Assembly: GCA_963729715.1 (NCBI GenBank)
Contig: CAVSPA010000003.1
Location: forward strand, 318,957-382,956
Origin: an uncultured delta proteobacterium
GTDB taxonomy: Bacteria; Desulfobacterota; Syntrophia; Syntrophales; UBA2185
DNA length: 64,000 nt
Direction of reading: 5' to 3'
Shown here: positions 30,826-41,322 of the stretch, piece by piece
How the letters are laid out: the number at the start of each line of letters is the position of its first letter
Numbering within the stretch: the first letter of the stretch is position 1
The notes under the pieces: generated by a model
Seen by the model: the letters and a program-made list of their open reading frames with translations, nothing else
What the model was told of the DNA's origin: nothing
Databases searched by the model: none
Program-made: the position numbers and the translations under genes

Positions 30826-31554
30826 TTGGGGGCCGCCGCATCAGGGGCCGCAGAGAATTTTCCTAAACCGGCAGGCGCAGTCAATGATTTTGCACGCGTG
30901 ATCCCGCCGGAATATAAAAACCGCATGGAGAGTCTCTCTCGAGAGGTGCTCGAAAAAACAGGAACTGCCATTGTTGTTGTCACGATGGAAAGCATCGGGG
31001 ATAACGAACTGAACGATTATGTCAACAGCCTGTACAAGGCGTGGGGCATTGGCAGGAAAGGCGAAGACAAGGGCGTTCTGATTTTCCTCACCTTGAAGGA
31101 GCGGAAATTCAGGATCGAAACCGGATACGGTGTGGAAGGCATCCTCCCCGACGGGCTCGTCGGGGAAATTCGTGACAGGTACGCAATCCCTTTTTTCAGG
31201 AAAGGTGACTTCGGGCAGGGACTTTCCAATACTGTAACCGCCGTGGCTTCTGTTGTGGCGAAGGCAGCCAATGTATCCATCACAGGCGGTGTACCCGTCG
31301 CGCAGCCGGAAGAGAGAAAAGTCAGGCAGAGGGGCAGCTATTGGCCGCTTATCATCCTTGTTCTGATACTGGCTGCACTTTTAGGCACGAGGCAGGGACG
31401 GGACATGCTCCCCTGGCTGCTGCTCTTTGCATTTACCGGCAGAGGTGGAGGCTATGGCGGCGGCGGTGGAGGATTTGGGAGTTTTGGCGGCGGCGGCTTC
31501 GGCGGTTTCGGCGGCGGTGGAAGCGGGGGCGGCGGAGCAGGCGGCGATTTCTGA
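30826..31554 (+). CDS. TPM-domain membrane protein (start uncertain)
   Basis: VNDFA, WGIG..DKGVL, RIETGYGVEG.LPD, Gly-rich tail. Confidence 0.9.
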   Translation: MGAAASGAAENFPKPAGAVNDFARVIPPEYKNRMESLSREVLEKTGTAIVVVTMESIGDNELNDYVNSLYKAWGIGRKGEDKGVLIFLTLKERKFRIETGYGVEGILPDGLVGEIRDRYAIPFFRKGDFGQGLSNTVTAVASVVAKAANVSITGGVPVAQPEERKVRQRGSYWPLIILVLILAALLGTRQGRDMLPWLLLFAFTGRGGGYGGGGGGFGSFGGGGFGGFGGGGSGGGGAGGDF

Positions 31555-31560
31555 CGAGAG

Positions 31561-32301
31561 GTGATCGACATGGCAAAGGTACCGAAAAATCCGGAGGAGA
31601 TTTTTGAGGAGTTCACGGACGATTTCAAGAACGTTTTCGGCAGTGATCTCGTTTCCATTATTCTCTATGGCAGCGGGGCGAGCGGCCATTACGTCCCCGG
31701 GAAATCGGATCTCAATTTTCTCATAGTCCTCTCCGAGGGAGGGATTGATAATCTGGATAGGGCCTTCAATACTGTGTCGCGGTGGCGGAGGCGCAAGGCG
31801 GCAATTCCCCTTTTCATGACGAAGGCGGAAATATTGTCTTCCCGCGACACATATCCCATTGAGTTCCTCTCGATGAAGAAACATTATGTCCTTGTAACCG
31901 GAGAGGATGTCCTCGGCGGGCTGTCCTTCGAGCTGGCCCATCTCCGCTTGCAGTCTGAAAGAGAATTCAAGGGGAAGCTGGTTCATTTGAGGAGGGGCTT
32001 CCTTGAAGCGGAGGGACGCACGCGGCAGATGCGCGAACTGATCAAAGCCTCCTTCACGGCATTCATCTCCATATTCAGAGCCCTCCTGTATATCAAGGGA
32101 ATTGACATACCTCAGGCGCGAAGAGACATAATCAATACCGTCGCCAGGGAATATTCTGTTGATCCTGCGATCTTCCTGAAATGCGCAGATATCAAGGAAA
32201 ACATTGACCGGATTACCGCGTCCGAGATTCAGAATGTTTTTAAAGATTACGTAAGAGAGATCGAAAAACTATCCGCCATCGTCGACGGCATGAGTGTATG
32301 A
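31561..32301 (+). CDS. Nucleotidyltransferase-domain protein
   Basis: ILYGSGASG..SDLNFL pol-beta-like motif. Confidence 0.75.
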   Translation: MIDMAKVPKNPEEIFEEFTDDFKNVFGSDLVSIILYGSGASGHYVPGKSDLNFLIVLSEGGIDNLDRAFNTVSRWRRRKAAIPLFMTKAEILSSRDTYPIEFLSMKKHYVLVTGEDVLGGLSFELAHLRLQSEREFKGKLVHLRRGFLEAEGRTRQMRELIKASFTAFISIFRALLYIKGIDIPQARRDIINTVAREYSVDPAIFLKCADIKENIDRITASEIQNVFKDYVREIEKLSAIVDGMSV

Positions 32302-32371
32302 AAACACTCGAGACCGCAAAACTTAAGTGAATGCGATTCCTAAAAAATTGCACAATATCGGGAGGTGCGAC

Positions 32372-32935
32372 ATGACCAGCGGGAAAAAAATTCTCATTAT
32401 TGCAGGAGTAATTGTTCTTGTCCTTGTGCTTTTTCTATACTCCAATTACAACTCTTTCGTTTCTCTTGATGAGACTGTAAAAGCTTCCTGGGCGCAGGTG
32501 GAAAATCAATTGCAGCGACGCTACGACCTGATACCCAACCTTGTGGAGACGGTAAAGGGGTATGCCAAGCAGGAAAAAGATGTTCTCGTCGAAGTTACCA
32601 ATGCCAGGGCCAAGGTGGGCGGCGCGGTTAACGTGCCTGATAAGATCAGCGCCAATAACGAATTGTCCGGTGCCTTGAACAGACTCCTGGTTGTCGTCGA
32701 AAGATATCCTGATCTCAAGTCCAACCAGAATTTCATGCGCCTTCAGGATGAGCTTGCGGGCACGGAAAACAGAATTGCCGTGGAAAGAAAGCGATACAAT
32801 GATGCGGTGAGAACTTACAATATCGCGATCAGAAGCTTCCCAGGGAATCTGTTTGCGGGGATGTTCGGTTTCCATAGTGCAGCCTTTTTTGAGGCGCCGG
32901 CACAGGCCAAGACGGCCCCACAGGTCAAATTCTAA
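32372..32935 (+). CDS. lemA: LemA family protein
   Basis: QLQRRYDLIPNLV, ERYPDLKSNQNF, ENRIAVER. Confidence 0.95.
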   Translation: MTSGKKILIIAGVIVLVLVLFLYSNYNSFVSLDETVKASWAQVENQLQRRYDLIPNLVETVKGYAKQEKDVLVEVTNARAKVGGAVNVPDKISANNELSGALNRLLVVVERYPDLKSNQNFMRLQDELAGTENRIAVERKRYNDAVRTYNIAIRSFPGNLFAGMFGFHSAAFFEAPAQAKTAPQVKF

Positions 32936-33065
32936 AGTTATAGGTTCATCTCCGAAAGAATTGCCGGCATCTTGGGGATTCGTGAGGCCAAGGAGTCGGG
33001 GAAGCGAGTGACGACAAAAAACGATCGAGTCCTCCAATCCCGGAATTCTTACACAGGAGAACAGG

Positions 33066-33974
33066 ATGGACAGAAACGTTACGACATTCATCGACAGTGA
33101 GAAGTGTATCGGGTGTGGTTTATGTGTAAAGGTTTGTCCGCGCATAACCATTTCCATGCAGGACAAAAAGGCGGTCGTTACCGGTGACAGGTCAATTCAA
33201 TGCGGACATTGTGTCGTTGTATGTCCTGTGGAGGCCGTTACGGTGAACTCAGTCGATAAGGAGTCTTCACGGTTCAGTACTTTCGCACAGGAAGATTCAT
33301 GGCTCCCCTTTGGCGAATTTGATACGAAGCAGCTCGTGAGGCTCATGGGGTCGCGACGTTCGTGTCGCAATTACACGGACAGACCTGTGGAGCGCGCTAT
33401 TCTCGACGATCTCATCAAAATCGGCGTTACGGCCCCTTCGGGGACAAATAGCCAGTCATGGACATTCACGGTGCTCCCCACGCGGAAGGGTGTTATAAAT
33501 CTGGCGGAATGCGTTGCCATCTTTTTCAGGAAGCTCAACCGAGTATCCGAGAATAGATACCTCCGAGGATTTATGAAGCTGATCGGCAGACCGGGGCTTA
33601 ATGAATACTACCGCGAATATCACGATTCTGTTTCGGAGGCGCTCGCCGATTGGAAGACTTCCAGTATTGACAGATTGCTTCATGGGGCAACGGCTGCGAT
33701 AGTTGTAGGATCAAGGCCGGGAGCATCCTGCCCCGCGGAAGACGCCCTTCTTGCCACACAGAATATACTCCTAGCTGCCCACAGTATGGGACTGGGCTCC
33801 TGTCTCATCGGTTTTGCCGTCGAGGCCATGAGATGGGATAAGAGAATCAAGAGGTCTTTGGGCATTCCTGATGACGAGAAAGTGTATTCCGTGATCGCTT
33901 TGGGATATCCCGATGAGAGATACAGGCGCGTGGCGGTCAGAAAGAAATATGTTCAGCGTTATTATGAAGCATAA
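33066..33974 (+). CDS. Ferredoxin-fused nitroreductase
   Basis: CIGCGLCVKVCP, RRSCRNY, APSGTNSQ. Confidence 0.9.
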   Translation: MDRNVTTFIDSEKCIGCGLCVKVCPRITISMQDKKAVVTGDRSIQCGHCVVVCPVEAVTVNSVDKESSRFSTFAQEDSWLPFGEFDTKQLVRLMGSRRSCRNYTDRPVERAILDDLIKIGVTAPSGTNSQSWTFTVLPTRKGVINLAECVAIFFRKLNRVSENRYLRGFMKLIGRPGLNEYYREYHDSVSEALADWKTSSIDRLLHGATAAIVVGSRPGASCPAEDALLATQNILLAAHSMGLGSCLIGFAVEAMRWDKRIKRSLGIPDDEKVYSVIALGYPDERYRRVAVRKKYVQRYYEA

Positions 33975-34040
33975 TGAGAGTGATATTTGCGGGCATTCTT
34001 CCGAGATTTTCAATATGAGCAGGATTGTTCGACAGGTGAG

Positions 34041-34247
34041 CTATTGAAGCCGCGTCCGATCCGCTTCATTTTTCATGAGACGCAACATCGATTGCGGGAC
34101 AAGATAGTCGCGCATTTTTGAGACGATATAGATCAGGATCCAGATGTCGTCAGGATTTCTCTTGCCCCTCTTCCCGATGATCTTGCCCTCACAGCCATAG
34201 AGAGGGTGTCTCGGATAATCGACAATGACCATATCTCCTAATTCCAT
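34041..34247 (-). CDS. Small hypothetical protein (SH3/KOW-like)
   Basis: GGAGG RBS; MELGDMVIV..HPLYGCEGKII pattern. Confidence 0.6.
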   Translation of the reverse strand: MELGDMVIVDYPRHPLYGCEGKIIGKRGKRNPDDIWILIYIVSKMRDYLVPQSMLRLMKNEADRTRLQ

Positions 34248-34467
34248 CTTCCCTTCCTCCTTGTTTCTCACGGCATCATTAATCGGAAGTAGTCCCCTGC
34301 CGTTTTTTAATTCGTAACACAATTTAAGTAAGAAGTCCCATCTTTTTAGATTATCAATACATTCGGTATTGCCTGTGTTTTCCCGCCATAACGAGTTAAT
34401 CATCATTGAAGAAAATATTTTAGAAAAAGCTTGACATCTTGCCGGGTATATAATAGTCAGAAGCACG

Positions 34468-34490
34468 TGGTAAGTAAATGTTACTTACCA
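34468..34490. promoter_or_regulatory. Perfect palindromic operator candidate
   Basis: TGGTAAGTAA-ATG-TTACTTACCA just downstream of TTGACA and TATAAT boxes in a divergent intergenic region. Confidence 0.7.
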
Positions 34491-34751
34491 TCCTTTCAAC
34501 CATCCATTGTCGGTAGTCTTTCATGTACTCGTTAAATTGCATCAGGTAATTAAAGGCTCATATTCCGGGGGTATGAACCCTTCCCGTACACTTTCGATCA
34601 CGAGTTAGCTTGTTCTTGCAAATAGTTCGGCTGCGAATCTGAGAGATAGCCCTCTGTGGGATATTCTTGTAAGCATGACTTGTCATGGTTACTGAGAAAT
34701 ATTGTCAATTTGGCGACACTTCTGGGGAAAACCAAAATTAAATGAGGAGGC

Positions 34752-35903
34752 ATGTATATGGGCAGGAGTTTGTTCGGAGAGGAGCATGAGATATTCCGTG
34801 ATTCATTCAAAAAGTTCCTGGCAAAGGAGGTAACCCCCTTCATAGAAAAGTGGGAAGAGGAAGGTATTGTACCCAGAGAAATGTGGAACAGGCTGGGTGA
34901 CAATGGATTTCTCTGCCCGTGGCTTGACGAGAAATACGGCGGCTCCGGGGCAGGCTTCGAATACTCCGCCATCATCATTGAAGAGCTTGCCTACATCGGA
35001 AGCCATGGACTCATAGCGGGCCTGCACAGCGATATTATTGTTCCCTACATTTACAGTTTCGGAAATGAAGAGCAGAAGATGAAGTGGCTCCCCGGCTGCG
35101 CCTCAGGCGATGTTGTGACGGCCATAGCCATGACCGAACCGGGCACGGGGTCGGATCTCGCCGCGGTCCGGGCTACGGCGGTGAAGGACGGCGATTCATA
35201 TGTGATCAACGGTGCGAAGACTTTCATATCCAACGGCATTCACTGCGATCTGGTCATCGTGGTGGCAAAAACGGACACCCATGCCGATCCGCCTTTCAAG
35301 GGCATCAGTCTCATCTGTGTCGAAAAAGGAACCCCGGGTTTCCAGAAGGGGAGAAAGCTCAATAAAATGGGATTTCACAGCCAGGACACGGCAGAGATGA
35401 ACTTCGAAGACTGCCGGGTGCCCGTGTCCAATCTATTGGGGAAGGAGGGGCAGGGCTTCTATTATCTGATGCAGAAACTGCAGGCGGAGAGGCTAGTGGT
35501 TTGCATTATGGCCCAGGCGATGGCGGAGGCCATGCTGGAAATGACTATCAAGTATTGCAGGGAGAGAACCGTTTTCGGAAAACCCATCAGTTCTTTTCAG
35601 CATAATACGTTCAAAATTGTGGAGATGGCTACAGAGATTGAACTCGGAAGGACTTTTGTCGATTCTCTCCTTTTGGATTATTGTGCAAAGAAAGATATCG
35701 TGAAAAGAGTTTCCATGGGCAAGGCCTGGCTTTCAGAGATGGCGAACCGTGTAGCCTATGACTGTTTGCAGCTTCACGGCGGCTACGGCTACATGGAAGA
35801 ATATCCGATTTGTCGTTTTGCAAGAGACGTGCGGGTCATTCCCATATTTGCAGGTACCACGGAGGTCATGAAGGTAATCGTGGGCCGCATGATGGGACTG
35901 TAG
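34752..35903 (+). CDS. Acyl-CoA dehydrogenase
   Basis: AMTEPGTGSD, INGAKTFISNG, QLHGGYGY. Confidence 0.96.
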   Translation: MYMGRSLFGEEHEIFRDSFKKFLAKEVTPFIEKWEEEGIVPREMWNRLGDNGFLCPWLDEKYGGSGAGFEYSAIIIEELAYIGSHGLIAGLHSDIIVPYIYSFGNEEQKMKWLPGCASGDVVTAIAMTEPGTGSDLAAVRATAVKDGDSYVINGAKTFISNGIHCDLVIVVAKTDTHADPPFKGISLICVEKGTPGFQKGRKLNKMGFHSQDTAEMNFEDCRVPVSNLLGKEGQGFYYLMQKLQAERLVVCIMAQAMAEAMLEMTIKYCRERTVFGKPISSFQHNTFKIVEMATEIELGRTFVDSLLLDYCAKKDIVKRVSMGKAWLSEMANRVAYDCLQLHGGYGYMEEYPICRFARDVRVIPIFAGTTEVMKVIVGRMMGL

Positions 35904-35940
35904 TCGTTAAAAAAGGAGGGAAAGGAAGGAGGGAGGGACA

Positions 35941-37266
35941 ATGAGGACTTATATGTCGTGGCAGGATGAGTACAAGAGCAAGCTCATGACGGCGGAAGAG
36001 GCAGTCAAAAAAGTGAAATCGAATGATGTAGCGGGATTCGGACTTTCATTGGGCGCGCCTACAGCTCATCTTGTGGACGCCCTCTTGGCGCGTGCCGGTG
36101 ATTTAAAAGGCGTTCGAATCTTGGATGCTGTGCCGATCCGGCCGATGAGATTGTACGATCCCGATTTCATGAACAGCATCCGGGAATCTTTCACCTACAG
36201 TTCATTATTATACAATCCGCTCAACCGGAAATTGGCTCAGGGCAAAAATGTGGATTATCAAAGTGTCAACAGCTCTGATGCAGGCGAGCGGATGGGGCGG
36301 ATTTGCAATGTGGCCATGGTCTGTGTGTGCCGTCCCGAGGCGGGCATGGTCAATCTGGGACTGACCAACTTCTTTTCTCCGGAGATGATTCGGGGAGCTG
36401 AAATCGTGATAGCAGAGGTTAATGACCAGATGCCCATGGTCTATGGTGATAACTGGATGCCGATATCGGAATTCGATTGCTTTGTCGAACATTCCAGCGC
36501 GATTCCCGAATTCAAACGCAAGGGCGAGCCCTCCCATCTGGAATTCGCCATCGCGGAAAACGTAGCCTCGCTCATCAGGGACGGGGACTGCCTGCAGATG
36601 GGGATAGGAACACTGCCGGAGGCCATTGTCCGGCTTTTGCGGGATAAAGGTAAAAAAGACCTCGGCGTGCATACCGAGATGTTTCCCATGGGATTGCCGC
36701 ATCTCGTGAGGGAAGGGATTGTCACAAACAAGTTAAAGAGGGTTCACACGGGAAAGACGGTCGCGAGCTTCTGCATGGGAGACCGTGATATGTATGACTT
36801 CGTTACGCGCAATCCGGACTGTGTCTTTTATCCCACCTCCTATATCAACGCTCCTCACCTGCTGCGGGAGATAGACAATCTGGTATCGATAAACATGGAT
36901 CTGGAATGTGATTTCATGGGCCAGCTAAATGCCGAGAGGGTTGATTTCCGTATGGTGGGCGCTGCCGGAGGCCAGCTGGATTTCGTTATCGGAGCCGTCT
37001 GGTCAAATGGCGGGAGGGCAGTCAACGTCCTGCCTTCCACGCGGACCCTGAAATCCGGCCAGGTTGTTTCTACTATTGTACCTCAGTTATCACCGGGCTC
37101 ACACGTCATCGTGCCGCACATGTACAGCCAGTTTGTGGTAACAGAGCACGGCATCGCTGATCTGTATTACAAGTCCATGCGTGAGAGGGCCGATGCCCTG
37201 ATTGCCATAGCCCATCCAGATTTTAGAGCGGAGCTCCGCAAGGAAGCCAAACGAATTCTTTATTGA
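35941..37266 (+). CDS. Acetyl-CoA hydrolase/transferase family (4-hydroxybutyrate CoA-transferase-like)
   Basis: LQMGIG, HTEM, GGQLDF, VTEHGIA, IAHPDFR. Confidence 0.92.
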   Translation: MRTYMSWQDEYKSKLMTAEEAVKKVKSNDVAGFGLSLGAPTAHLVDALLARAGDLKGVRILDAVPIRPMRLYDPDFMNSIRESFTYSSLLYNPLNRKLAQGKNVDYQSVNSSDAGERMGRICNVAMVCVCRPEAGMVNLGLTNFFSPEMIRGAEIVIAEVNDQMPMVYGDNWMPISEFDCFVEHSSAIPEFKRKGEPSHLEFAIAENVASLIRDGDCLQMGIGTLPEAIVRLLRDKGKKDLGVHTEMFPMGLPHLVREGIVTNKLKRVHTGKTVASFCMGDRDMYDFVTRNPDCVFYPTSYINAPHLLREIDNLVSINMDLECDFMGQLNAERVDFRMVGAAGGQLDFVIGAVWSNGGRAVNVLPSTRTLKSGQVVSTIVPQLSPGSHVIVPHMYSQFVVTEHGIADLYYKSMRERADALIAIAHPDFRAELRKEAKRILY

Positions 37267-37319
37267 AGAGGAATATGATTTTAAAAAAGTTAAGTCTCAT
37301 GTTGAAAGGAGAAAATTAA

Positions 37320-38087
37320 ATGGATGTTAAAGGTTGTAAAGCAATTGTAACAGGCGGTGCATCGGGACTCGGCGAAGCGTGCGTCCGCAATCTGGTGGGC
37401 CTGGACGGGAAGGCGGCGATTCTGGATTTTGATGCGACGAAGGGAGAGAAACTTGCCGCAGAGCTGGGAGGCAACGTCATCTATGCCAATACGGATGTGA
37501 CCGGCGAGGAAAGCGTGCAGGCGGCCATCAAGAAGGCGATGGATGCCTTTGGAGCAATAAATGTTTTGATCAACTGCGCCGGCGTGGGAGATCCCGGGAA
37601 AGTTCTTTCCAAGAAAGGCCCCATGGCGCTCTCATACTTCAACCGCGTGGTGCAGATCAACCTGGTTGGCACCTTCAATGTCATCAGGCTCGCGGTGGAG
37701 CAGATGGTCAAGAATACCGGAAATAAAGACGGTGAAAAGGGTGTTATCATCAATACCGCCTCGGTTGCTGCCTTCGACGGTCAGATCGGGCAGCCGGCGT
37801 ACAGCGCCTCCAAGGCCGGTGTCGTCGGCATGACACTGCCCATTGCCAGGGAGTGCGCCGAGTATGGAATCAGGGTAATGACGATTGCGCCGGGACTCTT
37901 CAACACGCCGATGCTCGCGCAACTGCCTGAGGCGGCGCGCGAAGCTTTAGGCAAGATGGTTCCGTTCCCGCAGCGTCTCGGCGATCCCATGGAATATGCA
38001 AAGATGGCCCAGCATATAATTGAGAATCCCATGCTCAATGGAGAGGTCATAAGGCTCGATGGCGCTATCCGGATGGCGGCGAAGTAA
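37320..38087 (+). CDS. 3-hydroxyacyl-CoA dehydrogenase, SDR type
   Basis: TGGASGLG, GQIGQPAYSASK, NGEVIRLDGAIRM. Confidence 0.93.
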   Translation: MDVKGCKAIVTGGASGLGEACVRNLVGLDGKAAILDFDATKGEKLAAELGGNVIYANTDVTGEESVQAAIKKAMDAFGAINVLINCAGVGDPGKVLSKKGPMALSYFNRVVQINLVGTFNVIRLAVEQMVKNTGNKDGEKGVIINTASVAAFDGQIGQPAYSASKAGVVGMTLPIARECAEYGIRVMTIAPGLFNTPMLAQLPEAAREALGKMVPFPQRLGDPMEYAKMAQHIIENPMLNGEVIRLDGAIRMAAK

Positions 38088-38174
38088 TAAATTTCAAACA
38101 ACAAAATCCAGCATCGCATTGCTGGGATTTTGTATGCAAGGCTGAAAAGAAACCAAGAAGGAGAATAGAAAGAG

Positions 38175-39392
38175 ATGGAAAGCAAAAATGGTATCGTGAT
38201 GGTAAGTGCGGTGAGAACTCCGTTCAGCAAATTCGACTCCGCCATGGCGGATATACCGAGCATCGACCTCGGTGTAATGGTCATGAAAGAGGTGATCGAA
38301 CGCGTAAAAATCAAGCCCGCGGAAGTGGATGACATCAGTTACGGGAGCTGCATTCCCGCGGAAGTAGCCCTGGAAACGGATGTGCCGGCAAGGCAGGCGA
38401 CGCTCCTTGCGGGGTTCCCGGCGGATAATATTTCCCTGACCCTTGACAGGGCATGCTGTTCGTCACTGACCTGTCTCCGCTTAGGCGTCAGGGCGATCAA
38501 GGCCGGAGAGGCGGAGATCGCCATGGCCGTGGGTGCGGAGAACATGCCGCGTACACCCCATCTGGCCCCCGGTTTGAGAAAGGGAGCAAGGATAGGACAT
38601 ATCAAGCTTATCGATTGCCTCTTCGAGCTTGGCTATACGGCAAAGGGGTTCAACCCGGTTGCCAAGGACGCGGGGGAAGTGGCGCTGGAGTATGGAGTGA
38701 CAAGAGAGATGCAGGACGCCTGGGCGCTTGGGAGCCAGGAGAAATATGCAAAGGCCTTTGCGGAAGGGAAGTTCAAGATCGGGGAGGAACTCATGCCCGT
38801 GGTGATTCCCCAGAAGAAGGGTGATCCTATCGTCATCGAAAAGGACGAATCGCCGAGGAAGACGAACATGGAGTCCTTGGCGAAGCTGAAAACCATCTAC
38901 GGCAGTCCCACCGTGACAGCAGGAAACGCGCCTCCCATCAGCGCGGGGGCGAGCGCGATCCTTATAATGACCGCCAAGAAGGCTAAGGAGAAGGGCCTTA
39001 AGCCCCTGGCAACAGTAATTGCAGTAGCGGCATCGGCTACAGTCCCCCGTGAAATCGCCGTCATTCCGGCTTATACAATTCAAAAGGCCCTGAAGCAGGC
39101 AGGTCTGACACTCGACGACATGAAATTGATTGAAATAAATGAAGCCTTTGCAGTTCTGCCCCTTGTTTCCACGAAGATACTTGCTAATAACGATGAGAAA
39201 AAGTGGAAAGAGCTTCAGGCCAAGACCAACGTGAATGGCGGAGCCATCGCCATCGGTCATCCCGTGGGAGCAAGCGCCGCAAGGCTCATGATGACTCTCG
39301 CATACGAACTGAAACGTCGCGGAGGCGGTTACGGCGTAGCGGCTATCTGCGGCGGTCTAGCGCAGGGCGAGGCGGTTATCATCAAGGTGTAG
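38175..39392 (+). CDS. Thiolase
   Basis: RACCSS, NEAFA, GHPVGASA, CGG. Confidence 0.95.
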   Translation: MESKNGIVMVSAVRTPFSKFDSAMADIPSIDLGVMVMKEVIERVKIKPAEVDDISYGSCIPAEVALETDVPARQATLLAGFPADNISLTLDRACCSSLTCLRLGVRAIKAGEAEIAMAVGAENMPRTPHLAPGLRKGARIGHIKLIDCLFELGYTAKGFNPVAKDAGEVALEYGVTREMQDAWALGSQEKYAKAFAEGKFKIGEELMPVVIPQKKGDPIVIEKDESPRKTNMESLAKLKTIYGSPTVTAGNAPPISAGASAILIMTAKKAKEKGLKPLATVIAVAASATVPREIAVIPAYTIQKALKQAGLTLDDMKLIEINEAFAVLPLVSTKILANNDEKKWKELQAKTNVNGGAIAIGHPVGASAARLMMTLAYELKRRGGGYGVAAICGGLAQGEAVIIKV

Positions 39393-39459
39393 GAATAAGT
39401 TCAACTCGCTCAACCCGTCATAATGATTGCGAGCGATAGAAGAGCAAAGGAGGAAGAGG

Positions 39460-40242
39460 ATGGACTATCAGACGATTCTATATGAGAAGGGCGAAGGGAT
39501 AGCCGTCATCACCTTGAATCGCCCCAAGAGCATGAATGCCCTCAACAGCCGGCTGTTCAGTGAACTGGATCACGTCTTCACAGAGATTGACGGTGCTGAG
39601 GAAGTGAAAGTGGTAATCCTTGCGGGGGCGGAAAAGTTCTTCGCCGCAGGTGCCGATATCACCGAGATTGGAGGAATTGCTACGCCTGTAGACGCGCATC
39701 GGTTTCTGAAGGATGTCCAGGCGGTATTCAACAAGATCGAGGACCTCGAAAAGCCTGTTATTGCGGCAGTGAGCGGGCTGGCATTGGGCGGCGGCTGTGA
39801 ACTTACGCTTGCCTGCGATCTGAGGATCGCCGCGGATAACGCAACCTTCGGGCAGCCGGAGATCAAGATCGGCGTGATTCCCGGGGCAGGGGGTACTCAG
39901 CGGCTTCCCAGGATTATTGGCATCACCAAGGCCAAGGAACTTCTCTACACCGGCGATTTCATCGATGCACAGGAGGCCTATCGTATAGGCCTCGTGAACA
40001 AGGTGGTGCCTGCTGCTTCCCTGATGGACGAAGCCAGGAAGATGGCCAGGAAGATCGCCCGCCAGCCGGGCTTCGCCTTGAAGATTACGAAGATCGCGGT
40101 CAATGGCGGGATGAATATGGACATGAAGTCAGCAATGGCCTACGAGGCGCGATGTTTTGAAATCCTCTTTTCCACTGCGGATCAGAAAGAAGGGATGAAG
40201 GCGTTCGTGGAAAAGAGGAAACCTTCGTTCACGAACAAGTGA
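39460..40242 (+). CDS. Enoyl-CoA hydratase
   Basis: FAAGADI, ALGGGCE, QPEI..PGAGGTQRL. Confidence 0.95.
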   Translation: MDYQTILYEKGEGIAVITLNRPKSMNALNSRLFSELDHVFTEIDGAEEVKVVILAGAEKFFAAGADITEIGGIATPVDAHRFLKDVQAVFNKIEDLEKPVIAAVSGLALGGGCELTLACDLRIAADNATFGQPEIKIGVIPGAGGTQRLPRIIGITKAKELLYTGDFIDAQEAYRIGLVNKVVPAASLMDEARKMARKIARQPGFALKITKIAVNGGMNMDMKSAMAYEARCFEILFSTADQKEGMKAFVEKRKPSFTNK

Positions 40243-40243
40243 T

Positions 40244-41251
40244 ATGGGCAAAGTTGTTTCATTGAAAGATGCCGTCGGCTGCATCCGCGACGGGGACGTC
40301 CTGTTCTTAGGGTCCCTCATCGAATGCCGGCGTCCCATGGCAGCCGCATATGAGATCGTCAGGCAAAAAAAGAAGGGGCTGATCCTCCTTGCGGAATGTT
40401 CGCTTGCGGAAGATATACTGGTGGGCATGGGCTGTGCTGCGGCCTGGCGCGGCTGCTATACAGGGATGGCTAATTTCGGACTTTCTCCGGCAACTCTAAG
40501 AAAAATAGAAACTGGTGAATTCATCATCGATGATATCGGTCATATTGATATCATCCTTGGCGCCATGGCGTCCATGGCCGGGAGTCCCTTTGTCGCCACC
40601 CGCGCCACCTTAGGAAGCGACGTTCTCAATCCCGAGTTCTCGCGGACGGAACAGATCCGAAAGCTGGCGCGTGATCCTTCCATGATTCCAGAGAAGAAGT
40701 TTGTGTTGATGGATGACCCCTTTTATGGGAACGGCCCCATAAAACTTCAGCCCGCCATGCCCGCGGACGTGGCTGTCATCCATGTCCAGCAGGCGGGAGA
40801 GGACGGCACTGGGCGGATAGAAGGCAGCCTCGCCTTCGACCATTATTTCATCCATGCCGCCAAAAAGGTTATCCTGACCGCGGAGCAGGTCGTCCCGGAA
40901 GCCTATCTCAGGAGAGATCCGAACCGCAATCAGATTCCCTGCACGAGCGTGGATATGGTCGTGGAAATCCCATGGGGCGGGCATCCCAGCCAGGTACAGG
41001 GATTTTACGACGTCGATATGCCCTTTATCAGGGAATATGTGAAAGCCGCAAAGACCGAGGCCGGCTTGGAGAGCTGGGTCCATGAATGGGTATTTACGAT
41101 GAACACGCACGATGAATATCTGGACAGGATAGGGGCGTCGCGGCTTCAATATCTGCGGTCGATTCCACCTTATGGATACCGGCCCCGCAATAATTGTGAG
41201 AGATCGCATAATCATAAAAACATGTTGAATGAGACGGGAGGTGATGCATAA
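40244..41251 (+). CDS. Class I CoA-transferase alpha subunit (GctA-like), copy 1
   Basis: RRPMAAAYEIVRQ, DVAVIHVQ, VILTAE, PWGGHP. Confidence 0.88.
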   Translation: MGKVVSLKDAVGCIRDGDVLFLGSLIECRRPMAAAYEIVRQKKKGLILLAECSLAEDILVGMGCAAAWRGCYTGMANFGLSPATLRKIETGEFIIDDIGHIDIILGAMASMAGSPFVATRATLGSDVLNPEFSRTEQIRKLARDPSMIPEKKFVLMDDPFYGNGPIKLQPAMPADVAVIHVQQAGEDGTGRIEGSLAFDHYFIHAAKKVILTAEQVVPEAYLRRDPNRNQIPCTSVDMVVEIPWGGHPSQVQGFYDVDMPFIREYVKAAKTEAGLESWVHEWVFTMNTHDEYLDRIGASRLQYLRSIPPYGYRPRNNCERSHNHKNMLNETGGDA

Positions 41252-41322
41252 GAACCGGCATTGGACGATCACGAACGGTTATCTGGTCACAATTGATTGA
41301 GATACGCTGAAGGAGGAAAAGT

